A stretch of DNA of 64,000 nt from Podarcis pityusensis (Eukaryota). Shown piece after piece: positions 1-14,913 of this stretch (position 1 is its first letter; every line of letters begins with the position of its first letter). A program made the translations under genes and the position numbers. The notes beneath the pieces are model-generated. The model had not been told where the DNA came from and searched no databases. It saw only the letters and a list, made by a program, of their open reading frames with translations. Where the stretch lies: assembly GCA_964106645.2 (NCBI GenBank), contig OZ067038.1. The stretch is one strand, 5' to 3'.

Positions 1-459
1 CTGGTTCCTTCCCTGGGAGCCTAAGACTCTGTCATCTTGTCTCTCTTTGCTCCATCCTTTTCATTTCTCACTGCATTCTGGGAGACCATGGGGGAAGGGG
101 AGACTCCCTGGATTCTTCAGCCTGCCTGATCTCTGCCTCTTGCCCCTCCCTTCTGCCTCTGATTCTGGGCTGCTCTCTGCCCCTGCTCTCTGCTCACTAA
201 ACCCTGTTGCCTTTTCAGCTTCCGACACCTCCTCCTCCTCCCAGTCTGCTCCCTCTTCTGCCTCTGACCACTCATCATTGTCCTACCACCAATCCCCTGG
301 CTCTAAGCCGTCTTCCCCTGAGAGTTCCCATGGGGATTCCCCAGCTAGTGCCTCCCACCATCCTCTGCATCCTGCCAGTCCATGACGTCTTGTGACAGAG
401 TTACCACCAATTTCTTCCTAGAGTTGCTTTTTGAGGACTTGGGAGTGTTTTATATAACA

Positions 460-590
460 AGCTCAGTCAGCAGAGCATGAGACTCTCAATCTTAGAGTCT
501 TAGAGTTGTAAGTTTGGGGGAAAAGATTCCTTCATGGCAGAGAGTTGGACTAGATGACCCTCGTGGTCCCTTCTAATGCTTATGATTGTA
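460..590 (+). mobile_element. tRNA-Lys-derived SINE with CR1-like tail (degenerate)
   Basis: Head agctcagtcagcagagcatgagactctcaatc resembles tRNA-Lys; tail gttggactagatgaccctcgtggtcccttc is a CR1-type 3' end. Confidence 0.7.
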
Positions 591-1439
591 TAACTAAAGT
601 GGTTGCAGAATTAGTTTTCCAACAGAGGTGCAGTGTGTTGGGTTGGTTACACAGAGACTAGGGGATACTTTCAAGTGTCATCACTTTTCAAATTTAAGAA
701 AAAACTAGTTTTGGCTAATAATTTCTGGAAAGAAGATTCTTTCATTTCTGTTTTTAGTGGCGATCATATGATTTGTATATTAGCATTAGTGGTATATATT
801 CATGTCTATATGTATTCAAAAGTGCCAGGTGCAACTCCTTAGGAAATGGAGGGTTTTTTTCTTTTCTTTTGGTAGAATAAACTAGAAAGCCAAAGTGCCT
901 TTTATTCATGGAATTTAGAGTGTTGCAATTAACTTCTTAGTCTGGCAATTTCAATAGTTTCCCATTTAACACAAATGAAAATATTTTTATTCTTCTTACA
1001 CCTTTTCCCCTGCGCCACAACATATAGTAGCAGTTCCTATTTGATTGAAATGGGATTCCCCCCCCCCCCATTCTGTCCAGGAGCTGTGGAACATCTGTAG
1101 GCCCTGGATTATGGGAGGGGTATAAACATAAATAACAAATCCAGTTTGAGATTACTTTACATATAATTTAAGAATGATTGTTTAAATATATATTTGTCCT
1201 TGATGTGGAGATACAATATAGCTTGTCAGCAAATGGATAGTAGCTATTTAAAGAGAAGAAAGTTATAGGATAAATTGTACTGGTTCAGGTGATTGGGAAT
1301 ACAAAGCAGGCTAATGAAAGCTTTCACTTCAGAATAGAACGAATCATATTTTGTATGAACTTGTGGATTGTTCTTTACTAAAGTTATTTAAAATATGCAA
1401 GGATTAAACAGCTTCAGATCATGGTTTAATAATGTAACT

Positions 1440-1650
1440 TTAGGGAGAAAAGGCATTTATGGGAGTGTGAGAGAGGTCTGGAAATTGATGCATGGTGCGG
1501 AAAAAGTAGAAATAATTTTCTTCTACTCTCAGAAGATGAGAACTTGGAGTTTTACAATTAAATTGATTTAGAAGTAGATTCGCAATCGGCAAAAAAGTAC
1601 TTCACTCAACACATAATTAGCATGTGGAATTTGCTGTCATTGCCACTGAT
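1440..1650 (+). mobile_element. Degenerate CR1 LINE 3' fragment
   Basis: Resembles the CR1 ORF2 end (aagtacttcactcaacacataattagcatgtggaattt). Confidence 0.55.
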
Positions 1651-3199
1651 TACATGATACATTGCATGTAATTTGTTCCATATTATTTTATACTGACGCA
1701 GCAAAGAAACAAGAGGCAGAGAAAGAAATCTGTATGTACGCTGTAGAATATTGGGACAGTCAGTTCAGTGCATGCATGAACATTATCAGCTATTTTGTCC
1801 AAAGATTCTTGCAAATGTATTCTTCAATATTTGTCAATATGAATTATGATGCAAGGCTTTTTCTGTGAATTGTGATAGATGGGTTACTTGACTGTTGGGG
1901 ACAGTGGGGCTTTGAACTCAGCTTTTGTCTTTTTCTTCAATTTGCATTTTATTATATTATTCTTATTAGTTTGCATTTTGTTTTAAGCCTTGAATTACAG
2001 TCAAGTGGCTCCCTTAGCTCTTTCTCAATCATTCCCTCCTTACATAGAAACACACTCATTAGCTAAGCTAAGGACAGCTGTAGCCCTGCTGGAAATGGGG
2101 AGCAGTCTGCTGGGCTACAGCCTTGGTAGGGTGGCGACTGCTCTTCCTGGCTTTTGTGCACACAAGAAGTTCCACTAGTGGTGCAGCTGTACAAACAAGA
2201 GGGAAGAAACCTGCTTTTCACCAATCTGCTACAAGAGTCTTCTCTTGAGCCACTTTATGCTTGACTTGTGGGTTTGCAAAGGCAGTGGGAAAGGCTTTGT
2301 TTGTTCCTATGTCCTAGGGCTGATTTGCTCAGTTGCAGCCAGTTTTTCCACTCTGGTTTTTGCACATCTGATGTGAGAGGGGATGTCAGTTGATGGGCAG
2401 CTGATCCATGGTGGGAATGGCTTGGTGGGCCAAGGTTGGGACCCAGGGTAAAAGTTTTTTACCTCTGTCTTAGCGACTCGGGAGTAAAGAATGTTTCTTA
2501 ATCGTATACTTAATGGTGTACTGCAGTGCTATATGCATTTTGTATTTATTTTGGTAATTAAGCTTTGAAATATCATTTAAAAGAGCATTTAAAGAATAAT
2601 AGACAATCAGTAATGGAAAGAGAGGAATAAATTTGTTATTGATAAAGAAATAGTAATGTTTTGATTTGTTGCGAAGTATTTAGTGGTTGTTGTGTTTATC
2701 TGCCTTCATTGCAATTTTTGTATGTAATAAACTCTGCTTACAAACATAATTTGGGACCTGTTGTGTTTACAAAATATGGCAATTTCCAAGCTGTGGTTTG
2801 TTTTGAGATTTATTTATTCTAAAAACTATAAAGGTACAATGCTTTAAATTTATTTTATCTCTAGAAGAATGATTACTCTAACTAAATCCTATACTGGTCA
2901 ACCATGTATAAGAGTATGCTGGGAGCTCTCTGGTAGTAATTCAGCAGGCGAGAAAGATCTCTATCTCTTTGGTAGAATGTAATGGAAGTATAGTATTTGC
3001 TAAATGTGTGTTATTAACAACAAAGATTGTCTGTGGGATGCTGAGGTAGAGGAGAGTGAAAAGTGATTGGTTAGTTTTTTTTTTTTTGATGTAGTAAGGC
3101 TTGTTTTGAAATAGGTGGGGAACCTCTGCCTTCATATTATTTATAATTTATAATTTCACTTTACTTTCTTATTGAAATTGTCTGCATTTGCATCCTCAG

Positions 3200-3600
3200 T
3201 ATTTCACCTTTAAGAAAGTACCATTCATCTTGGACTCACTTCTCTTTGAGTATTTCTGCCTATGGGATCTCACCCATTAAGCTTTTTGAAATCAGCCTTC
3301 TTAAAGTCTAGAGTGGGTGTCTGATTATACTCAATTTTCCCTTGCCTGTGTATAATGAAAACCAAGAGGCCACGATCACTTCCTCCCAAGTTTCCCAATA
3401 CCTCCCTTTTGTCAATCAATTCCTGCCTGTTGGTGAGGGCCAGGTCCAACATAGACGAGCCCCTTGTTGCTTCTTCCACCTTCTGGAAAATGAAATTGTC
3501 AGTGAGGCAATTGAGGATTTTGTTGGGCCTTACAATCTTGGCAGAGTTTGAGTTCCAACAGATATCAGTGTAGTTTCCCATGACTACTATATTTCTCCCT
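3200..3600 (-). mobile_element. CR1 LINE ORF2 endonuclease fragment
   Basis: Translation DICW...QKVEEATRGSSMLDLALTN...GNLGGSD...LDFKKADF is typical of the CR1 APE domain. Confidence 0.85.
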
Positions 3601-4802
3601 GTTTGTTATCTTGTTTCAGACCAGGGTTATAGTACTATTTAAGTACTTTTAATAATATACAAATTGACTGAGTACCTCTGTTACTTTCTTGCTTTTCAGT
3701 TTGACAGGGCTTGCAATTGAAGGTCGTATCAAGGCTCATTCCATTCGGGGCAGAGCAGCTTTGGCAGCTATCCTCAGATCTGTCAATGTCCAAGAGATTA
3801 GCAGGCCAGCCATATGGTTGAGCAGGTTCACATTTACAAAGAGTTATTACTTAGTTACCATTCAGACAAAACCTTTACTTAGGTGCTGCAGAATTGCTTT
3901 ACTTGAGAAGGGTGTCTGGATTCAAATTTTCATCCCTTCCATGTGTAATATATTTTTGTGTGCCTACAAGTTGTGGATACTTCTGGTGTTAGCTTCACTT
4001 GGAATTTTGAAAACATGATTGCTGCTGTCATGCATCTGAGTTGAGGAAGCAAGTTGAAAGAAGAAACGAATTTTACCCATTGAGAGGTTCCCAAATGGCA
4101 ACGTGTTTTACAGTAATGAATTGCCTTATGCTGTAGATGCTTCTACTATATTGATAAAAAAGGACATTTAAAAGCAAAACAGGAGAATTCCAGTTTAAAT
4201 CTCTTCTTGCCTGTGAATGTAGCTTCACTTCTCTGTGTTATGGAAAATAGTAATATTGGACTTTGATTTTTTTTTGCTCACAAGTGTGCTGCTGTCTGTA
4301 ATGAGTGATGAACCTTAAAACAGCAGATATGGGTAGATTGTTCCAGCAGTTTCATTGTACTACCCCCCTTTCAAGTTTGGGAGAAAGACTGTGGAAAAGC
4401 CATGTTTCTGAGGCACCTGGTGCACACTGGCCTTGAAAGCAGCCAAACCAGCAAATTCCTCACACCAGGTCCTGGACACCACAATCTGACAAAACATTAT
4501 GGACCATTGTTTGTAAAGAATACTGAGATAATGTTGAGCACAGTTAAGAAAAAGGTATATAAATACTACATTCCTGAATGGTTGCTTGCTCCCAATGTCT
4601 TTGTAGTTAATCAATTGTGGTTAGTTCAAACAAAATTTATTACTAGTACAGGGAAGTGAGCAAAAATGAACATACACACGCATTGAACTTTCAAGGCTGG
4701 TCAGAAGAGCATTTTATAAACTCACTGAATGAGCACCACACAAGATTTTATTCTCGAGGTATATATGTAAAGAATACCATCCTACTCACCATTCTTCCAA
4801 GC

Positions 4803-4940
4803 CAGGGGTATCCAATGTGATGTCATCTAGGTATAGCTGAGCTCCAGCTCTCATCATTCCCAGCTACCATGACTAATGATCAGGGATAATGGGAGTTGTA
4901 GAACAATAAAATCTGGAAGGCACAATGTTGATTGCTTCTG
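4803..4940. mobile_element. Old palindromic hAT-like MITE
   Basis: Inverted arms ctccagctctcatcattccc / gggataatgggagttgtag; same family as 8298-8432. Confidence 0.65.
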
Positions 4941-5089
4941 TTTCAGATTCAAAGCTGTCTGTATAAGGTTTCCAAATGGTGACCTATCTAGGTAGTTGTA
5001 GCCACTCCTAGACCGTGTCCCCATCTCCCAACCTGCAATATGATCCTGTGTTCAATATTGTTTTAAAAGCCAGCAACGCAACAAGGTGA

Positions 5090-5500
5090 ATTAACCAGGT
5101 TGCACTTGCCATCTCTCTTACAAGTCATCGACCAGAGTGATCAAAGTTATTTCAGTGCTGTAATTAAGCCTGAAGCCTGAATGAATTGAATCAAGATTAT
5201 CTGTTTCCAAGCATGTTTGAAGTAGCCTGGCCACCACCCTCTCAAGCTTATTGCCTGCAAAGAGGGTTTCAATGATTGAGTGGTAGTTGTTCAGGACAAT
5301 GTGGGCTTCTTGAAGTGGGCCTGTGCCACTGTATCCTTCAAGGCAGCTGGTAGTATACCATCTTGCAAGGAGCATTTACCACTAGACCCTAGACCCATCC
5401 AGTTAATCACTTCCAACTAGTTTTTAATAGCCAAGGTTGACAAGGGTCAAGGTGGCTGCCCAGAGCCCGTCAAGTGACTTGTTTGAGACCTGAGGCCTCA
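5090..5500 (-). mobile_element. L2 LINE reverse transcriptase fragment
   Basis: KLERVVA..LQ..L...HSGFRLNYSTEITL..LVDDL resembles the L2 motif QSGFR.HSTETAL. Confidence 0.8.
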
Positions 5501-6352
5501 ACTGAATCTAACTCCCAATAATTAGATCAGGCAGTACTCAGGACACACCGACACTGTTAAGTACTTAAGAGTCAGGAATAAGTGCATGCTGGCATTGAAT
5601 ATATAGAAGTATAAACACTGTAAGTTTGAAAATAGTTTATCTTTTGTTAAATAACCTGCAGGGACATGCATGTTGTACAGTATGCTGTTTATAAAGTAAT
5701 GTTTTATATGCATCCATCAGTATACAATTTGAAAAAGCAAATTCATATATGGACAAGATTACAAATCTCTACAGTACATTACGAATACCTAATGTACCGT
5801 AGTAGGAATTAATGGAGATTCCTATATACTGATATATTTCTATATATAATTAACCTACTATAAGGGTTGACCCTTTAAAAATAAAATTGTAGTCTGCTTC
5901 CCTTTATTAAATAAACTCAGAAAGCTGTTTGGTTCTTCAGTGAAAAATCAGAATTATTATAATTTGAATATAGTGTTGCACTTCTGAACAGGCTTAGCAT
6001 GCTTTAAACTGCGCTATGTTAAGCTTCTAGTTGGAGAATAGTAGCTTACAAGCAAGTGAACATTTTAGACCCCCAATCCCCTCCTGCTTTAAGAATTCAG
6101 TTCAAGATTCTAATGTGGATGAGTGTATAATGAAGACTGCATTTCCTTGGAGTAGCAATGGTTGTACAGTTTTAGTGCTTAAGATGACTCTAAAACAACA
6201 TACAGTACTTAGTATTTAAATCCAAGTGTACAAAAGAACTTGCAATTTTTGTGTGTGTCGTATGAGCAAACTTCAAACAAGCACAGAAAAGTTTTAACAT
6301 TTTCATGGATTTATAATTAAATTATTAGGAAACAACTGCCAAAGTTTACTGA

Positions 6353-7501
<1,149 letters not shown>

Positions 7502-8297
7502 TAATCGTTTTTCTGCCCTCTGATTGGTATTTTTGAAGCTTTGACTTTGCTCCAGTGTCTGCAGTTTACTAAATTGCATGCTAAGCATGTTGATTTGGAT
7601 ACGTCTTGAATTGAATTACATTTTTCATTGCTCCCTAGAATATTTACCCCATTAAACAGAGTGTAAATATTTTTGTTTTGGTTCTGCACAGAAGCCCTCA
7701 TAAGCATAACTTCAGTTTAAGTGTCATGTGTAAAACTGGACTATCTGACTTTTAAAGTGGATTATGAGGTAATAGTCCAGAAGAGGTTATTTTTGAATTC
7801 TGCTTTGTAAAGCACAATTCAGAATATGTCCTTTGTGTGCACAAGATAGCCTGGGAGAGAGAGAAAAGTTGATATAAACCTGATTTTATCATATACCTTA
7901 TAGCTAAATACCTTATAGCTAAATCTTTGGTTGAAGGGATATGAATTCAGCAAACGTACATGTTACCTCTTGAAATTTGAGAGTACTTTTTATTTTGTGT
8001 AGTAACTATTATGCAAATATTATGGGTGATATCCAGTGGTGCCTTGTATGTCTCCTTCCAGCAACTCCTGCAGCCAAACCGATGCCAAACGTTTTGCCCT
8101 ACTTTGGACCACATCAGCGAGACCGCTGGGGTCTTGTCATCTGGGCAGCCCAGGACTGTCATACACATTGCCCAGGGAGGTCACTTTGGTGCTGCTAATG
8201 CAGTGGTTTGACTTAACCCACAGAGGCGCACTCCATTGTCTCTCGAGACAGATGGATGCCAACAAGTGTCAAATGTTAGTCACAACTCAGTGTAGAC

Positions 8298-8432
8298 CAG
8301 GCATGCCAAACTCGGCTCTCCAGATGTTTTGGGACTTCAACTCCCATCATCCCTAGCTAACAGGACCAGTGGTCAGGGATGATGGGAGCTGTAGTCCCAA
8401 AACATCTGGAGGGCTGAGTTTGCCTATGCCTG
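8298..8432. mobile_element. Palindromic hAT-like MITE (near-perfect ~55-bp hairpin)
   Basis: caggcatgccaaactc...ctccagatgttttgggacttcaactcccatcatccct / agggatgatgggagctgtagtcccaaaacatctggag...gagtttgcctatgcctg. Confidence 0.85.
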
Positions 8433-8876
8433 GAAATCAGTGGGCTAACCTTGGGTTTTTTAAAATACTGCAGGTTGGCCTTAATTACTATGGGTTGGAT
8501 CCAGATTTTTTTGGAAGCAAAACTTTGCTTAACTGGTCACTTCCGTGGGTGGAAGGAGGGAGGAGGTGAGTTTTGCTGATTCCTCGATCACTGTACCTTC
8601 CCCAAACAGGAGGATTGTGGGGGCAGTGCCCGCTGGAACTGTTGTGGGAGCTAGTTCTGGGGCCTGAAACAGAACAGGATCCTGAGCCATTCCACAAACT
8701 GCAGGTGCTCTTTTGTTCTCAGAAGGACGAGTCTGGATCTAATCTTAAAGGTATTAATGAATTTAAATTCCTGTGGAATAAAGTCTACATGCTGGCTAAA
8801 GCTGGCAGAGTTGCTAAAAATAGAGAGGTGTAGAAATATTTTTACAGATATTAGTGATTGACTAGTATTGATAGCA

Positions 8877-9234
8877 GGGACGCGGGTGGCGCTGTGGGTA
8901 AAACCTCAGCGCCTAGGACTTGCCGATCGCATGGTCGGCGGTTCGAATCCCCGCGGTGGGGTGCGCTCCTGTCGTTCGGTCCCAGCGCCTGCCAGCCTAG
9001 CAGTTGGAAAGCACTCCTGGGTGCAAGTAGATAAATAGGGACCGCTTACCAGCGGGAAGGTAAACAGTGTTCCATGTGCTGCGCTGGCTCGCCAGATGCA
9101 GCTTGTCACGCTGGCCACGTGACCCGGAAGTGTCTGCGGACAGCGCTGGCTCTCGGCCTCTAGAGTGAGATGAGCGCACAACCCTAGAGTCTGGCAAGAC
9201 TGGCCCGTACGGGCAGGGGTACCTTTACCTTTAT
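8877..9234 (+). mobile_element. Full-length Sauria SINE
   Basis: tRNA-like head with box B ggttcgaatcc, (acctt t)-type tail, perfect 11-bp TSD tattgatagca (8866-8876 / 9235-9245). Confidence 0.93.
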
Positions 9235-10466
9235 TATTGATAGCAACTGTTGAAATGGCTGACATAAGGAATGGTGGAAATGCGCCTGCTTCAGCTCCAC
9301 TTCTGAAACAAAGCAGGTCTGCTTTAGAGTATTAGGATACCTATGTGTTTTACTTTGAGGTCCTCTTGAGAGGGGAAAATTGAAAAGAGACAGGAAGAAT
9401 ATGAATTTTTCATTTCACTTTTCATTACACAAGGCGGTTTACAAACAGAAGATACAACCAAATATACAACACACATTATAATATGAACCCTGGTTTAAAA
9501 GAAATAATGCATGAAGTGTTGAAGACACAGCTCTTTTAGATTCCTCATCAGCAGACCTGATGTACCTGGAGTTGACTATGGAGAGATTTTTTCAGTCGTA
9601 GCACAATCTTTATAGAATCATCCCCACTCTGCACTAAGGCAAATGGCAACACTGGCGTTTCAGTGATTGCTAAATCTCATTAACTTTTTTCCCATGGCTG
9701 TTAGTATCAAATGGTTGAATTCATCTGTTTTATTTCTGCTCTGGCCTGTTGACTGGTGTGTTATTTTCTATTGTAATTTTAACGTATTTATTCTATACTG
9801 CTTTTTCACGTCAAATGAAAGGCAGTGGATAGATATTTTAAATAAAAACAGTAACTGCTGTATAACAATATGGAATAAAGCATTTCAATTGCTCAGAAGT
9901 GCCATATGAAGGATGAATAGATTTCTCTGAAAGTGGAGTACTTGAAAACTGAGGAAGTTCATGAACTTGGATATCTATATAATGCTGACAGAAAATATTT
10001 TAGTTATCTCTCTTCAGTCTTGCTATCAGCTTCGTGAAGCAGGTACATATGAAATCTATAGCTAGCAAGGGGCTTCGTGGAGCCGTTCTGTTATTGACGT
10101 ACATCTGATGAAGTGGTCTGCAATCCCTGAAAGCTTATGCCATAATAATGCTGTTGGTCTTTTAGATCCCACAAGTGCAACAGTCTGACAAGGGTACACC
10201 TCTGGAAATCTGAGTATTTTTTGGACCATATGTGTCTTACCTGGCAATACATGTTATCTGCAGGAGTTCTGTTTGGTTTTTTTTAAACTTGAAACCATTC
10301 TAATTTAGTTTTCTGTTTTTTAAAGCTGTAAAAATTATTTCAAATTCCTGAGTACTAGAATGAGATGTTCAGGATCCAGCTTCAGATGTTTTGAGCCACT
10401 AATGTTATCAGGAGAGAGCAACATATTTTGTTTCGTACAAATATTTTAATACAAACTATTTATCTA

Positions 10467-10708
10467 CAGTGGTACCTCGGGTTACAGACGCTTCAGGTTA
10501 CAGAAACTTCAGGTTACAGACTCCGCTAACCCAGAAATAGTACCTTGGGTTAATAACTTTGCTTCAGGATGAGAACAGAAATTGTGTGGCAGTGGCGCGG
10601 CGCCAGCAGGAGTCCCCATTAGTTAAAGTGGTACTTCAGGTTAAGAACAGTTTCAGGTTAAGAACGAACCTCCAGAACGAACTAAGTTCTTAACTTGAGG
10701 TACCACTG
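10467..10708 (+). mobile_element. Tc1/mariner-type MITE
   Basis: TIR CAGTGGTACCTC / GAGGTACCACTG with TA TSD on both sides; internal caggtta repeats. Confidence 0.9.
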
Positions 10709-13700
10709 TACTTGGTTGGTGACTAGGATTAGATTAAAGATGGCACAGCCAAGGTTAGTTGATAATTTTAAAAATAAATTGTTTTATGGTCAAAACTGTA
10801 CTTGGAGGACTGATAAATGAATATGATTTCTGCCCTTTGTATTAAAGTTGAATCTTAAGACAGTTTCCCAAGGGGAGAAATTCAGTGTGGTTAGGCTAAG
10901 CATTCTGATAATATTTCATGAGAAAGCTCAGCAGACATTGTTAAAGCAGATAAGCAGGTGTTTTTACATTTCTAGCTACATTTTTAGTTCCGAAACAAAA
11001 TATATTTCTACATGTGGTATGCTATATATAGTATTTGTGAGCAAAAGCTGCTGCCTTTCATATTTTTCCATCTTGTCACATGCTGACATGATTTAGCTAT
11101 CTTTTTATAAGTGAACATTTCCCACAACCCTTGATTTATCTGCTGTTCAAGGGATATTGTGAAATTATGTATATTCGTGTTGTATAAGTGGAAATACATA
11201 GTTCTGACCATATTCTACTCATTGATGAAAGAAGCAGCGCATGAGAACCAGAACAAGATTCCTCTGTAAACAACTTGAGCTGGAATGTGGCCTCAGATGT
11301 TATTCTATCACTTTGAACTGTGCATCACTGAAATGTTGTGGGGGATATCTTAAAATAGGCAGGGGGTGGTGGCCAGAAACTGTTGACTACTATAGATGGT
11401 GAGGCTGTTTCGCTGGTGCAGTGAAATAAGCCAGAAGTACATGCTGCTAAGTGCGTTCATTTGCTCAAGGTCAGCATGCTCTAAGTCAGCTGCTATGCTT
11501 TTAAGCCTAGTTACTGTTAGGGAAGAGGCAGGGGCTACTACATGAATTAAAGGCAGCTTTTTAAGATAAGGGGCTGGATTTCAGCAGACAGATTCAGCAT
11601 ACAGGAAATTTTGGGGTGGCGTTTGTGTGTGGTTGGTTTGGTTTTTTCTTTTTTAGTTGAAGCCCAAATTATGTGGATTGGTTCTACTGTTCAGCTGGCT
11701 GGTGTCGATGTAAACAAACTGTGAATTGTAATTACCAAGCATGCTGCTGCTTGGCAGTTACTTTACTGTTTAGCATTTGTGCTTTCTCAAGCAGACAATT
11801 TGAGCTGACACCTTTTTAATTTTCCACTTTAGAACTATAAACCTCCTAGGGCGTCCCCATACTTTTTCACTTGTGGTGGTATGTTTGTCCTGCCTCATGT
11901 TAGAGTAGGTTTTGATCCTTTCAGACTACTCAGGTGGGTATCTACCAAATATTACATGCTTTTTAAAAGTTGATTTGCTGATACATTCATGTCCTTTTTC
12001 TGCATTGAGTCACTCTGTCTGGAGTTATCGCCTGCTGACCCTAGCAATCTTTCAAGTGGAATTCAGATATGGTTACATCAAGCAGCATTAGCATCTGGTA
12101 TTCTTTTCTCTCTGTGTGTAGCTGTTAACTTTACTTCACTGGAGAGCTCAACTATTTCTTGCTGGTTATGCAAAAAACAAAATCTGTTCTAGGGAGGCTG
12201 TTGGGTTCCACAGTGCCACAAGCTGACTAGATTGTGTGTGATATATGTGTGTGGGGTGTGTATGTGTTAGTAAGGCATTCCCTGGAAAAGAACAGTCAAT
12301 AAGACTTGACGCTGGTTTCTTAGCATAAGGACAATATTTTCTCTTGAGTAATCTTGCTATGCACAAGCCAAACCCTATGCTATGTACTTCAAATACTGTT
12401 CATTTCAGCTGCTTGTATGATTAGCGAGGCGTGTTGTCTTGGTTTCCTCAAGTCATTTCTCTTCTTGAGTCTAATACTGTGCTTGACAAGAGTAATCTCT
12501 TCCATAATGATTCAGTAGTGAATATTCAGGGATTTACCCTCTCCTTAGTCATGAGTAACTGGGAACTCAAGAAGATATCTCAACTAATAGAAATTTGTGT
12601 GGATAGGAAGAAGTCATTTTTTCCCTTCCCTCTGGCCCATCGTAGGCTGTCCTGCCCTTTCAACCAACCACTACCCCAATTATGGTGACTTTTATTTACT
12701 TATTGCTAAAACTGATTACTAGTCCATTGGCTATCCATTTGTCATTTTATTGACAAGTCAAAATGTAATGCATCACTGGAGCTGAATTGAAAGGACTGAA
12801 ATGTAAAACTCTTGAATTTTAAGTCTGAAATGTGTAACATTGCTAAAACCAGTCTCCTCTTTTGACAGTTTGATGATAACTGTTCCTGCTTGAAAAACAA
12901 GATTTTGCAGGATCCACAAACTTAGACCTGCCAGCCAACATATATTTTAATGTCAACAAATACAGAGACACTAGGCAAGAATGGTCTGGTAGATTGTAAA
13001 TCTTTCAAAAAACAAAAGGCTCTTGAGTAAAATTAAGCCTGGAGTAAGGATGTGGATTCTGTCACGTGTTGGGAACTCATCATCACTTTCTTATTACTAA
13101 AATAAATATCATATACTGTAGATGCTACTTAAACTTTGATGGTGCAGTCTTATACAGTTTCTTCAGAATTAAGCCCCTCAGTGGTCAATAGGACTTAAAC
13201 TCAGATAAGTTTGTATAGTATTGTAGCCTTAGTAAGATAATATTTAGCAAACCAGCATTAGCAGTTTTGAATGTGGTTGTAAAATTCAGTCATTTCAAAT
13301 TTTTTTTAATGATGTGTATTAATGTTAAAACTAATCACTGAATGCATTTGAAGGCAGTATGGACTTAAACCCTGGTTTAGTGTCACAAAAATGAGCCTAG
13401 CCTCCCACCTGTACTTGTGCTCCCTTTTTTTCCACTTCTTCCTCCAGCATGACACAGAGGAGGAGTTTAGAAACATTTGCTTTTAGCTGGCCATTACTTC
13501 CCACGTTGTCCAAACCCAAAATTGTGAATTAACAAACCAACTCTAAACCATGGATAAGGAACCTCACTTCTTAATACTGACCTTAATTAGTGTTAAGACA
13601 CAACTCACTGCTGCAAGGTATGATGGTCACCACTTTATTTGGCTTTAAAAGAGTATTAGGTAGATTTTAGTGGAGGCTAGACCTCCATGATAGCTCAGCA

Positions 13701-13871
13701 AAGACTCTCATAAACTATTTCAATGTAGAGCCCAATACTGTACCTTTCAGGTATACATGTTCCCATGAAGGAGGGCTTGTGTGTAGCTTGAAACATGTTG
13801 GGTTTTTGGTTTTTAATTTAGTTGTGTGGAGATTTCCACTGACTGGTTTTTGTGCCACTTTTGTTTTGGGA

Positions 13872-14047
13872 ACTCATAGTAGAGCATCCATGTTGCATGC
13901 AGAAGTTCAAGGTTCAACCCCTATCATCTCCAGGTAGGGCTGGGAATGTACCCAATCTGGAATTCTGGAGAGTTGCTACCAGTCTGCGTTGACAGTTCTG
14001 AGCCAAATGGACCAATGATCTGCATAAGGCAAATTCCATTGTTCCCA
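13872..14047 (+). mobile_element. Short tRNA-derived squamate SINE with CR1-type tail (Squam3-like)
   Basis: tagagcatccatgttgcatgcagaag...ggttcaacccc...caggtagggctggg...atggaccaatgatct; family name is tentative. Confidence 0.65.
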
Positions 14048-14870
14048 TGTCTTCTTGGTCCATGTTGGAAATGGGACACTGGATAGGTGGGCTGGTTCAT
14101 CAAGGCTGTTTTTAATGGCTAACAATACAAGTTAGGAATTGCTAATTTACAAGGGCCTTGGTGGGAGGAGCTGCTTTTAAAAGTTCCATTTTAATGCTCA
14201 TTTTTGGGTGGGAAACCTTCACTTTGAGAGAATGACATGCTTAGGAAGACAGTAGTATTTAAGCATGATTGCATACTGTCAAGTGTTTCAGCAAGTCAAA
14301 TTATATGTGTGTAAGTTTTTGGGGTCAAAATCTGTCTGTCAAAAATGTTTGTTGGCAAAGAGAAGATTGTTTGCCTTACCATGGTTTTGAGATTGACACT
14401 GGGGCATGCGTACAGCCCACTCTGTTGGTACACTCTTACCAGGGTCCCTGGTGTATAGGGTTGATTACATCTGGCCCTAATGCAACTTTCTGACATTCAG
14501 GGACATGTAGTCTGTAGGGACCTCCTGCCTCTGTATAACCATGTTGGATTGCAGGAACTAATTTGTTCTGATGTAAGATTGCAAGCACCAATTTGCCTAC
14601 ATTTGGTTTTTAAATTACTGAATAGGTTGGTCCAGGAGGCCAGAAATACAGCGGCCATTACATTATACAACATGCCCAGGGCTGGCCTCTATGAAATTTT
14701 ACCTCTTGTCGTATAGCTGAAAGGCTTCCAACTTTTGGGAAAAGACAGTAACAGACTAAAATAATTTGCTTGCATCACTCTGTTATCTCAGATTTGTTGT
14801 TACTCTGTGTTATAATTCTATTAAACAGCCGACCAATATTTGGCCAGGCAGTGTGATCTCTTTTAGAAGT

Positions 14871-14913
<43 letters not shown>
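14871..14913. repeat. (AAAG)n microsatellite
   Basis: Seen directly. Confidence 0.95.

Noticed and set aside
47-395. Ser/Pro-rich ORFs at the window start
   Set aside because: Pyrimidine-rich low-complexity tract, probably a repeat fragment; non-ATG start and no splice support.
460-520. tRNA-Lys gene
   Set aside because: T-arm and box B are degenerate and it is fused to a CR1-like tail, so it is a SINE. The Sauria SINE heads are likewise not tRNA genes.
8298-8432. Pre-miRNA hairpin
   Set aside because: Explained by a multi-copy palindromic MITE family; no expression evidence.
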